The notes below the pieces were generated by a model. The model did no database searches. It was not told the origin of the DNA and was given only the letters and a program-made list of their open reading frames with translations. Made by a program: the position numbers and the translations under genes. Shown one piece after another: positions 12,844 to 24,999 of a stretch of 64,000 nt of DNA; position 1 is the first letter of the stretch, and each line of letters starts with the position of its first letter. Source of the DNA: Octopus vulgaris (Eukaryota); the NCBI GenBank assembly GCA_951406725.2, contig OX597836.1:36394001-36458000 (forward strand), read 5' to 3'.

Positions 12844-14363
12844 CTATTTCTTTATTACCCATAAGGGGCTAAACATAGAGGGGGCAAACGAGGACAGACA
12901 TAGGTATTAAGTCGATTACATCGACCCCAGTGCGTAACTGGTACTTAATTTATCAACCCCGAAAGGATGAAAGGCAAAGTCGACCTCGGCGGAATTTGAA
13001 CTCAGAACGTAACGGCAGACGAAATGCCTATTTCTTTACTACCCTCAAGGGGCTAAACATAGAGAGGGCAAACGAGGACAGACATAGGTATTAAGTCGAT
13101 TACATCGACCCCAGTGCGTAACTGGTACTTAATTTATCAACCCCGAAAGGATGAAAGGCAAAGTCGACCTCGGCGGAATTTGAACTCAGAACGTAACGGC
13201 AGACGAAATACCTATTTCTTTACTACCCTCAAGGGGCTAAACACAGAGGAGACAAACAAGGACAGACAAACGGATTAAGTCGGTTATATCGACCACAAGG
13301 TGTAACTGGTACTTAATTTATCGACCCCGAAAGGATGAAAGGGAAAGTCGACCTCGGCAGAATTTGAACTCAGAACGTAACGGCAGACGAAATACCTATT
13401 TCTTTACTACCCTCAAGGGGCTAAACACAGAGGAGACAAACAAGGACAGACAAACGGATTAAGTCGGTTATATCGACCCCAAGGTGTAACTGGTACTTAA
13501 TTTATCGACCCCGAAAGGATGAAAGGCAAAGTCGACCTCGGCGGAATTTGAACTCAGAACGTAACGGCAGACGAAATACCTATTTCTTTACTACCCTCAA
13601 GGGGCTAAACACAGAGGAGACAAACAAGGACAGACAAACGGATTAAGTCGGTTATATCGACCCCAAGGTGTAACTGGTACTTAATTTATCGACCCCGAAA
13701 GGATGAAAGGCAAAGTCGACATCGGCGGAATTTGAACTCAGAACGTAACGGCAGACGAAATACCTATTTCTTTACTACCCTCAAGGGGCTAAACACAGAG
13801 GAGACAAACAAGGACAGACAAACGGATTAAGTCGGTTATATCGACCCCAAGGTGTAACTGGTACTTAATTTATCGACCCCGAAAGGATGAAAGGCAAAGT
13901 CGACCTCGGCGGAATTTGAACTCAGAACGTAACGGCAGACGAAATACCTATTTCTTTACTACCCTCAAGGGGCTAAACACAGAGGAGACAAACAAGGACA
14001 GACAAACGGATTAAGTCGGTTATATCGACCCCAAGGTGTAACTGGTACTTAATTTATCGACCCCGAAAGGATGAAAGGCAAAGTCGACCTCGGCGGAATT
14101 TGAACTCAGAACGTAACGGCAGACGAAATACCTATTTCTTTACTACCCACAAGGGGCTAAACACAGAGGGGACAAACAAGGACAGACATAGGTATTAAGT
14201 CAATTACATCGACCCCAGTGCGTAACTGGTACTTAATTTATCGACCCCGAAAGGATGAAAAGCAAAGTCGACCTCGGCAGAATTTAAACTCAGAACGTAA
14301 CGGCAGACGAAATACCCCTAAGCATTTCCCCCGGCGTGCTAACGATTCTGCCAGCTTGCCACT
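12844..14363 (-). mobile_element. Family M SINE octamer: eight 184-bp units, only the last with the 5' head
   Basis: Unit starts 12844, 13028, 13212, 13396, 13580, 13764, 13948, 14132; TSD AACAATAACAATAGC 12830-12844/14368-14382. Confidence 0.95.
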
Positions 14364-17300
14364 TTCGAACAATAACAATAGCAACAGCATACTCTTGGTC
14401 TTTGAGTAATCTTCATTGCAGGCCATTGTTCTCTCTCTCATTCTTCAACGTAATTTACCATATCGAGCATATCATGAGTTCTCTCTGATAATAAAATAAG
14501 GTGAATTTTATTTTATTAGGAAACACCTGGTTTTACCAATAATTCAATTTATTCATTGTTGATAGCCACATGATAAAAACACAAACTATATTTCTTAATT
14601 TGCCTAAATAATATCTTCTTCAATCCTGCACAGAATATGTCCCTTGTTACGTAAAGGAATAAACACAAACTCCCAATCGCACAAAAAACTTTATCTTTTC
14701 GTCCTCTCTCTCTAGTGCTCTCTCTTCCTTTCTAGTACTCTATCTCTCTCTCTCTTTCACATACATATGTACACATTTATATGCGCATACAGACAGAATA
14801 TGTTATTCATTATCATAAAATGTTATAGTATACTTGACGGAAAGTCCTGAATATCAAGCAGGTTTCCGCGAAACTGAACTAATTCGGTTACTAAGTGATA
14901 AGAAAGGGGAAGATATTATTCAGATATTTGCTAAAATTCAAATGAAGCTTTATTTATTTATTTATTTACGTATTTATTTATTCATTCACTTATTTATATT
15001 CAAATTTGCGAACGATAACATTGTTTGTTCCAGGGTCTCAACGTGCCAAAGTTTAGTTTGTTTAGTTTTGCACCATTTGCATTTTTCACCAGTTTATACC
15101 GAAGTCAGTTATTCCCACGCATACACACACATAGGCAAACGTACAATTCCATTCATTTATTCATTCAATATCCATTCTCCCGCCTATCCAAACAGCCATC
15201 CATCATTCCATCTATCCATCCATCCATCCATACATACATGCATTCGCATATACATACATACATACATACATATATGCATACATACATATATGCATACATA
15301 CATACTTATATATATAGACATGATTTCACAAACATATATCAATATACCTGCATTCCTGCATAACTAGAGCCCTTGGACTGGAATTAGAAAACAGGATATA
15401 TACATACACACCTTCATATATTTACATACATACACGAACGCACGCACGCACGCACACACAGAGATAAATCCTCTATACTGAGTGATGATACAGTATAGAC
15501 AGATTTTTGGAGTCTAATAATACCCTGTTTGCCTATTTGATTATGAAGATTTACAAACATACTTTCTCAGTGAAACTCAATATGCCTACTATTATAAATA
15601 ATACCAAATGTTCTTTTACGGACTCTTCATAATGTGATACAAGTCTTTGTTGTAGTAATTGCATGCGGCTGAAGAGGGCTTTAAGCTATCTGTTATGTCG
15701 ATTATACATTGATGTAAGAATAGGTTGTTTTAGAAAGCTCGAAACGTGTACCGCGACATCCTTTGTGTTCTGTTTTTTATTTCATTTGATACATATATCC
15801 TCTCACCTCTGCTACTAGCTGGCATATACTGGTGCTTATACTTATCAAGTATTCACCCTGAATTTATTGTATATGTATATATGTATTTAAGAGTAGAATA
15901 TTTTTTACTTGTTCTCGAGATTCGTGCTTATAGATCGATCGTCAAACCATTCTCCGTTATGTCAATAATATGCGTCCAGAAAATCAACAGCCTCTTGTAG
16001 AAGGAGCTAACAGAACCTTACTTGAGCGTTGCGGAATTGAGGGGAACGAACCGCACCTGAACGGGGGACGGCTCTGATTAACGTAAAGCTTAGTTCAAAC
16101 TGAGGTCATCCGAAGACCAATAAGTCTTATCCATGTGGAGTCAACCAGCCCCTGGTGATTACGAGGAGGGCAGTATATAAAGTTTTAAAGCATCGTGAAT
16201 GTGTACATTAAGTCATGTTACTTTCTCCCTGATATAAGTATGGGCGGCATTCACCGTGTAAGAGCAACGGAACGATCAAAATGCTAAACCTGACGGAGTG
16301 CATTGGAGAACACCTGATCCATCAGCTCCGGGAGTGTCATTCCAAAGTTTATGACCAACTCGCAGCAAATCAGGAATACCTGTATCTATTCTCAGAGGCA
16401 ATTTCACACGCAGTTAGGCCTAAGCAAATGCTGCAAGAAACCCGACAGCCAAGTATATTAACAAGAACCTGTATAACTTAGATAACTTAGATAACTTAGA
16501 TATGTTTCGACCAAAGATTGGTCCAGGCCATGTCTAACTTAATAGCACCACCTGATAGGATTATTCGAATCCTGTTTAAGTCAAGTTTTGTTTAAATCGA
16601 ATTACAATGGCTTATGCCATCATTATTTCAAACTTTGTGAATCGAATGCAAATCTTAGAAAGGAACATCATTACAACAAAAATCCGTTTAAAGGAGTGAA
16701 ATGCAAAACATTAGTTTACACTATTATCGTGTATTCCAACATTTCAGATTTAAAATTCTTCGTATATCAATAAGGATTCTGAGACTTATCCTTATTTGTG
16801 GTTTGTATGCGCAAATTTACAACGTGTAATGATTGATATTGTTTAATTAGCCACCTAGAGTCGCGTAAATAGACTTCATTGTTTAATGTATATGATGTCT
16901 TGACTCTGATTTCTTTATGTCAGGTTGTTAGAGACTTTTCCTAACTTACAAGATAATCGTGTGTACGTGCTTGTTAGCATGTGTGTGACGATAATGTGAT
17001 TATAATTAATACCATGTGTCACGTTATTTAAATCCGTATATACAGTTTATTGATTGAGCAAGTGGCCAGAATGGATTTCCTCGTGTGAACCCAGAAGTAC
17101 GCTGTGTATATTCAGTCCCCATTTTACCAATCATCCGTTAGATTGAAGCAGTGATTTGACCATCAAAGTGCAGTAGCTTCAGAAGCCAAGAGTTGTGGGG
17201 ACCAGCAGTGCTTTTTCGGAGTTTATAAGGACTGTATCTGGTAAAGAATAGCCGTTAGCCGTGATCGATTACCACCTTTTGAGATCACTTGTTACTGGCG

Positions 17301-18227
17301 GTGTTATGCACAGGTTCGCTGCAAGCATTCTCTCTCTATGCGGGAAATGGCACTGAATTGTAACGCACAAAATACAACGATGACACCATCAATATTTTGG
17401 TGACCGACGTTAGTGATGTTGCGTTCGAAATCTCGCAGGAATGGAAGCTAAAGAGAAAGAGAATATTTGTGACTGAGAGAGAAAGAAAAAAGTGAGACAG
17501 GAGGAAATGAAATAAACGAGAGAGCATTAACGTTTAAATGTCGTTGAAATTTTATATTTCCAAGTCTCTCTGGTAGTCGTTGTCATTAATTATATAGGTC
17601 ATCTGTTTTCCGTCGGAATGTGAGAATCAGAATTCTCACATTCGGCGCATCTATAGAAGGCGCAGGAAAAGCAGATGTTTCTTGTCAGTGTTTTGCAATG
17701 TTCGCTTTCCTAATGTTTAGTAAAACCGGTAGATTCACTTCCGTCGGTAAACAAAACGACTTTCCGTTGATCAACTTAGAAAATAGAAATTGGTATTGTT
17801 CAGAAACGCGTCGGAAGCAGAATAAATAAAGCCAACGCAATGGAGTTTATAAAGCATGAAACGGGTCTTTATAAGTTTTGCGGTTGGTGAAGCCAGTATA
17901 GATGCGTATCGTGAAATGAAATCGAACTTAGCATAATGATCATGTTGGAAATGGTATGCATCCTGGTCAGGATTAGAGTATTGATCTAAGGACTTTTGAC
18001 AGTAGTCAGGATTTTTTAAATATATATTCTTCATGCTAGAATCGAGTGGTCAGATCTCTATCTTGAATACTTAGTGCGCCTTAATGATATACATACATAT
18101 ATAAATACACACACACACACAGACACAAGCACACAAACATATACATACATCTGTATGTTCAAAAGGTGGTGTAACATTTTGCTTAACATTAGTGCACCGC
18201 CCAATATAGATATAGATGTTCATCATA

Positions 18228-18482
18228 ATAGCGCAATCACCGTGGGAGCAGGGACAGCCGAGGAGGGACGGATTCGGTCAGCGGAGCAGAAACGTCAGAT
18301 GCGTAAAGCCAGAGCCGCCTGCACCAGTAGCACGGCCCCTACCCACTTCTGCCCCCACCTGTGGGAGGGGCTTCCTTGCCCGGATTGGCCTCACCAGCCA
18401 TCTCAGGTCTCATGGCGGCAGTTCCATCAGATGATGTCAGTTGGTCATCTTCGAACTGAAGGACAAACATTATTATTATTAT
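18228..18482 (+). mobile_element. 5'-truncated RTE-clade LINE 3' end
   Basis: AEEGRIRSAEQKRQMRKARA...CPTCGRGFLARIGLTSHLRSH (C2H2, one frameshift), short UTR and (ATT)n tail. Confidence 0.85.
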
Positions 18483-19539
18483 AATAGTATTTATGATAAT
18501 TTCTAGCTAACTATGGGTGAGGGTAGTGATGTCTTTATTAAGAAGAGAGTTCGTTTGGTAGCGCATTAGATGCGTTCTTATCGATAGCATATAATTGTTT
18601 CCTTTGGTTTGAAAATAGAAATATGATATCCTTCATTCGTAGTTTGAGTGGTAAGTAATTGCCAGCGTGAGAGAAACTAAGATGAGAAGATAAAGTATAC
18701 AAACTTTGCGATTGAGCGATTAAATTCGGAGGTGTTATATCTGGGTTGACCAGATAATATATAGGCAACCCTGTTTGGGCGTTGGTGAATTTGTAAGCAA
18801 AAAATACTTGTTATTTGTGAGCAGATTATACTTGACACTAAGTTTTTCTTGAGCAATACCTACAATTTGGGTTAAGGTAAATTTAAAGTTGAGATTTACT
18901 AGTTATAATTAAATGTCTCAAATGAAACCGCTTAGATGTGTGATAAATGATTATCTACGAATGACAGAGGAAGAGATATATCCGGAGTCAAGCGTGATCT
19001 ATTAAACAACATATATATTCCTACGACTATTTCTACTTTGTTATTTCTCCTAAGGCCATCTCACGAATATCTTAAGGATTTATATTATCTAAAATATATT
19101 TTGTTTATTGCAGAGGACACTGCGTGATTTGAGAGTGATTTCACTGCAGAGTCGGCAAGACTAATAATGATTCTGTTTTTGTTGAATATTTCTATTTAAC
19201 AGATGATTAAAGAAATTATGATCAAAACATATTCCAGCGAAAACCATTCAATCTTTTTTTATTTAAACAGAGTTAATACTATGGACTATGGAGTTGGTAT
19301 ATCACTGTAACAGGCATGTAGGAACAAGGCATTTGTTCAAAATAACTTCGTAAGCAGGAGGAAGTGGTCGACCGGACCAGTGTGGATGTTTCGTTCAGAT
19401 TGCTTGAGTGACTGCTTACTCTTTTTGATACATCAAAAAGATACCCCTTATAAGTCATTAGATAACACAACAGTAATATGATATTCACAGTGTCGTGTTA
19501 TACATTTGTAGAGTGTGATATGAAGAAATACAAGAAACA

Positions 19540-19750
19540 TTGGTTTCAAATACTGGCACAAGGCCAGCAATCTCAAGGAGAGAGTTAATCGATTACATCG
19601 ACCCCAGTCCTCAAGTGGAACTTATTTTATGGACTCCGAAAGGATGAAAGCAAAGACGATGCCGGGGCTATTTGAACTCAGGACGTAAAGTCGGAATGCT
19701 CATAATAATTTCGTCCGTGCGGAAACGATTTCTACCAGCTTGCCTGCTTA
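19540..19750 (-). mobile_element. Old family M SINE with alternative tail
   Basis: CGAAAGGATGAAAGCAAAG core; tail GGCACAAGGCCAGCAAT. Confidence 0.7.
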
Positions 19751-20622
19751 ATAACAAGAAAACATTGACAAATATTTCTAGCAAATCAGCTGACTGCGTA
19801 GTTGTGCTCTTGTTGACTTGCCATCTATAATTATAGGGTGGCTGAATAAAGTTGACAAAGTTAGAATCAAAACCTAGATTATATAAGTACGATATTTTAT
19901 ATTCACCTAAATATTGTTATCGATGTCACCGACCGCATTATCTTCCATGTTGTGGGTTACTTCAGAAGTTGGAACATATAGTTTTATAATTAAAGACAGA
20001 AAAATGAATATATTGTAGAATTATAGGCTGAATTGGTGAGCAGCAAGCGAACAGGTTGGGACAAAGTTTTCCTTTATCATAAGTTTGCTCAACCAATGTC
20101 TAGCTAGGCTCAAACAACAGAAGCTCAATTTTCAACAACAGTGCTATAATACAGATCATATTCAAGCACGGAGCAAAGATTTGCTGGGAAGATATATATT
20201 CCAAACTCAGAATATCAGTGACTGTACACTTGTAACTAATTAAATTTGGGGAACATAATACTACAGCTTTTTAATGTCTACAAGAAATGGTAATTCTAAA
20301 CAATTACAAACAACAATTCCCTTCTACAATTAGTACAATGATACACGTTTCAGAAAAACAGGGATTTTAATTAAATTGACAGAAGTTTTTTCTCCAGGCG
20401 CGATGTTGTCTCCCGGAGTATTTCAGCACAAAGCGTGATGTGAGTTAACTAACTGTTGCAAAACAAAGATGATAGATGTTTACAATGTCAAGAAAAAGCA
20501 CAAACCGTAAATGCCTTTAAATTAATTATTCTTCATCAAATTATAGAACTCCATTATCAAACGCGCCGTCAGGAATGCAGTGAACCAGTAACAAATAACA
20601 TTGTTCATAAATTACAATATAA

Positions 20623-21440
20623 AACAAGAGCAGTCAGAGAGCGTAAACCTCCGGCAGGGCAATTCCTATTTCTTTACTACCCACAAGGGGCTAAACACAG
20701 AGGGGACAAACAAGGACAGACAAACGGATTAAGTCAATTATATCGACCCCAGTGCGTAACTGGTACTTATTTAATCGACCCCGAAAGGATGAAAGGCAAG
20801 GTCGACCTCGGCGGAATTTGAAATCAGAACGTAGCGGCAGACGAAATACTTATTTCTTTACTACCCAGAAGGGGCTAAACACAGAGGGGACAAACAAGGA
20901 CAGACAAACGGATTAAGTCAATTACATCGACCCCAGTGCGTAACTGGTACTTAATTAATCGACCCCGAAAGGATGAAAGGCAAAGTCGACCTCGGCGGAA
21001 TATGAACTCGGAACGTAACGGCAGACGAAATATGGTTACGCATTTCGCCCGGCGTTCTAACGATTCTGCCAGCTCGCCGCCTCCGGGGGTGGGGGGTGCA
21101 ATACCAACGTACTGCCAACGATTAGCCAGAGATGATTTTTAGAATGGGAATATCTGAAATAAAATCGACTGCTCTCACAAACGAGAATACTAAAAATGAA
21201 CCCGACCGATCTCAAAAGTTAAGTAAAAAAAAAAAAAAGACTAAAAATAATCCAGAATTCGGTACCGGATCGATCCCGAGATCTAATCAGTTCGTGCCAG
21301 TTACGAGGCCATACATTCCTGAAAATTTCATCCGAATCCATCCAGCGGTTCTTGAGATGTCTTATCCACGGACAAACAAAGGAACAAACAAACAAGCACG
21401 AATGAAACAATAGCTCCTCCTACGCAAAGGCTGGAGTAAT
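20623..21440 (+). mobile_element. Helentron-associated (HINE/DINE-1-like) non-autonomous element split by a SINE dimer
   Basis: 5' AACAAGAGCAGTCAGAGAGCG.AAACCTCCG; 3' block AAATTTCATCCGAATCCATCCAGCGGTTCTTGAGAT, (ACAA)n and terminal stem-loop CTCC..GGAG-TAA. Confidence 0.6.
20666..21081 (-). mobile_element. Family M SINE dimer
   Basis: Junction GAAATACTTATTTC at 20843-20856; head only on the right unit. Confidence 0.9.
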
Positions 21441-21814
21441 AAATTATATAATTACATAAGGTATAAGTGACGTTCGATATTTGGAGTCACCTCTCCACCT
21501 ACTAATTTTTCTACTTCAAAATATACTCGCTTTCTGTTTATAATTTCATTTGATTCGACATTTAATAAATCATCGTAGGAGTTATTAATAGTCACATCAT
21601 GCAATCGAGAAATCAACTTGTAAATGCCATACCTACATTCAGATCAGGAGTGACTATTTTGTTAAAAAATTTCTTAAGCCATTTATGTCCAAACTCCGGT
21701 TTCGATAACAAAACAAAAACAAACATGATAAATGATATTTTAACAACGATTGAGGGTCATTTGTTCTGTACTCATTTGCTGACACTCGTTCGTGACCCAT
21801 GTTACTGAAAACCA

Positions 21815-22029
21815 GAAAATACCTAAAGCTCCGCGAGGCGCCGGCAGGGGCTGGTGGCTATCCCTTCTGTACACTTTCACGACAACTTTCTCTCACTCTT
21901 TCTCCTGTTGGCCTGCTTCGCTTAGCCAGGGGAGTGGCGTCATTTGAAGGCTAAAACAATGCGAAGCGCATTGTGACCAGCGGTGTGTAGCAACATCTGA
22001 TGGCCTGGTCGGTCACGTGATCACGTGAT
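21815..22029 (+). mobile_element. 5'-truncated SINE (family K, tail type CACGTGAT)
   Basis: Matches 57179-57485 from the central domain on; ends (TCACGTGA)2. Confidence 0.85.
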
Positions 22030-22039
22030 ATATATATAT

Positions 22040-22388
22040 ATAATAACAAAGGGTAAAATTGATTAATTAAGATGTAATCAATAAATTTCACCAAGTAGAA
22101 TTCGGTATGAAAACAGGATCGTTACACGGTAAATTTTAGTAATACTAATAAAAAGGGTTCAGCAAAGAATTGCCTCGCCACACACCTAATTCAGAAACGC
22201 GCGTCCACGGACGATCAGATATTGATTGATTTTCGTTACTTTACTCTCTGCCAGTGTAATTAACCTTCAAGTATTTTGGTTTCTCTGGAAGACCCTTTTT
22301 AAAGTAGAAGAAATGGCTAGGATTTTTGGCTGCTATTTCTGAACTTCGGTGTGTGGTGAGGCAATTCTTTGCTGAACCCTTTTTATTA

Positions 22389-22392
<4 letters not shown>
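22040..22392. mobile_element. Fold-back element in (TA)n
   Basis: ~56-bp inverted arms 22142-22197/22336-22392 with a one-sided extension. Confidence 0.65.
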
Positions 22393-22428
<36 letters not shown>

Positions 22429-23299
22429 CATGTATTCTTCAAATCTCAATGTGATCCTATCGGGTGTCAACAGTAACCAGCAAGAATTAACATTATGGAC
22501 CAGAAGCCAAGAGAAGGGACTTCTAAACGATCGCAAGATATATTATAATAACAGTCAGATCACCTTGAATTTATTTTATAGAATATTTAAACAAACAGGA
22601 AGGTCATATTGAATAATGCCGATTATGATTCTTGCGTAAATATTATGTAACTGATATTTCAAAAGAATTGAACAGAGACTCCGTCGGAATTTCGTCTTCG
22701 ATCATTTATTTTCATCTAAGAGCTCGGTTCAAACCCAAGTTAGTGAGACTGCTATTCCTTTTACGTAATTGCTGTGAGAGATAAAGCATGGTTTGGGATG
22801 TACTGCAGTCAATTTCTTCAAGTGGATAAACTTGCCTGTACGTTGGCCAAGTTCTTCAATTGTAAACTATCATTAGCATAAATATATTGATGGTCACGTT
22901 AAGTGGATATCGGAGAACAAGTCAATTCGAAATCAACCTTCAGCATATATTTCCACTATTTATTTCAATTCACTATTCCGATTTGCTATCTCTATTTTTT
23001 TTTTTTTTTCCTGTAAGCAATATTCCAAATTGAATTTACTATGATTAAAAGATTTCGCAATAGTATGGAAAAGAAATGTTTACATATACAGACGCACACA
23101 CACACACTCACAGAACTACACCACATACACACAGCCACACATATACTGACGTACAAACACACATATATAAATAAATACATAAAAGTATGTGTACGAATGT
23201 ATATATACGTATATCTGTATGTTTGTGTGTGTATAAATATATATGTAGATGCATCCATCATTATCTATCTGTACATCGGTATGTACAAAAATGTATATG

Positions 23300-23397
23300 T
23301 ATGTGTATATGTATATATATATATATATATATATGCATACACACAATACATATAAGCATCTGCGCGCGTATGTCAGTGTATACATGCACACATGCAT

Positions 23398-23459
<62 letters not shown>

Positions 23460-23681
23460 TGCACACACTCTTGTGTATACAGGTAAATAAATAGGAAGAT
23501 GGGAGGATAGAATGATACATATGTGGACACATAGATACGTATCGCTCTCCTTCCATCAGATAAACTTAATAAGCACACATAGATGCCTATACTTAGAGAG
23601 ATACATGCATGCTTTCATATTCGTATATATATATACATATACATATATATATATACATATATATGTATATATATATGTATA

Positions 23682-23715
<34 letters not shown>

Positions 23716-23835
23716 CAAAGATATAGATACGTATATATACGTATATATACGTATCTATATCTTTGTATATATACATATGTATATATATGTATATATACGT
23801 ATATATATATACATATGTATAGATATGTATATATA

Positions 23836-23884
<49 letters not shown>

Positions 23885-23925
23885 GTATAAGTGTGTATAT
23901 ATATGTGTATATGTATATATATATG

Positions 23926-23976
<51 letters not shown>

Positions 23977-24002
23977 ATATGGATATATATATATATATAC
24001 AT

Positions 24003-24050
<48 letters not shown>

Positions 24051-24421
24051 GTAGACATGTACGGATACATATATAGCATACATACATTAAACACACGCAT
24101 ACACAAAAGGATATTATGCGATACTCAAAAAGAAAACACTAATCTCAATCATATCCACCAGGAAATAATATCGATTTTGTTTTTACATGAAGAAAAGGCC
24201 AGATAAATCAAGAAATGAAATCTATTGCAACGGTCGTCATATCTTACTGGTATTATACGTTCTCTATGGCAGTCAATAACAGACGGTATTGCATCCACCC
24301 ACGCAGAAGCGTTACTCGATTCCCGCCTCCGCGATTCGTTTAAACTTTAAACTGTGTTCACAAACGTCACCCTTTTGTGTTCGTAAACTCTACCGCTCAC
24401 ATTATTTCTTATCACGTACGT

Positions 24422-24518
<97 letters not shown>

Positions 24519-24547
24519 TGAGTGTCTGTGTCTGTGTATGTATATGC

Positions 24548-24581
<34 letters not shown>

Positions 24582-24588
24582 GTAAATA

Positions 24589-24642
<54 letters not shown>

Positions 24643-24710
24643 CATATATATATATACTTAAATGTGTATGTGGATATATATGTATGTATGCATGTATGTA
24701 TGTATGGTGA
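23300..24710. repeat. Compound (TA)n/(CA)n/(TATG)n low-complexity field
   Basis: Direct reading; source of the Y/I-rich pseudo-ORFs. Confidence 0.95.
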
Positions 24711-24999
24711 GCTGTAAGTTGATAGGTAACCAACACACAGACCAAAATTGTGGTTCAAAGTATTGCTCTGGCACAAAGAGTAATATGTGTATGTAGCAAC
24801 TTAGATGTGAGTATATATTTTATATATATATATATATATGCGCATCCATTTACATATATATGTATGTACATATGCATACATGTATCATGAAATACACGAA
24901 CGACTTATTTCCATTTCCGTCTATCAAATCGTAAAAAAGATAATGGCCTGTTCAGATCTATATCATACGGCACTTACTGAATATATCCATACAATGATC

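Noticed and set aside
12844-14363. CRISPR-like array
   Set aside because: Units are contiguous 184-bp SINE copies with no unique spacers and no cas genes; the context is eukaryotic.
12844-14363. Hammerhead retrozyme array
   Set aside because: No CUGANGA/GAAA core on either strand; CGAAAGGATGAAAG is the antisense of the SINE central domain.
19850-20620. Ancient Tc1-like transposon
   Set aside because: Only a TAGGGTG start and weak peptide hints; no second TIR or catalytic motif readable.
22992-24776. Many Y/I/C/V-rich ORFs here and elsewhere
   Set aside because: Dinucleotide repeats lacking stop codons.
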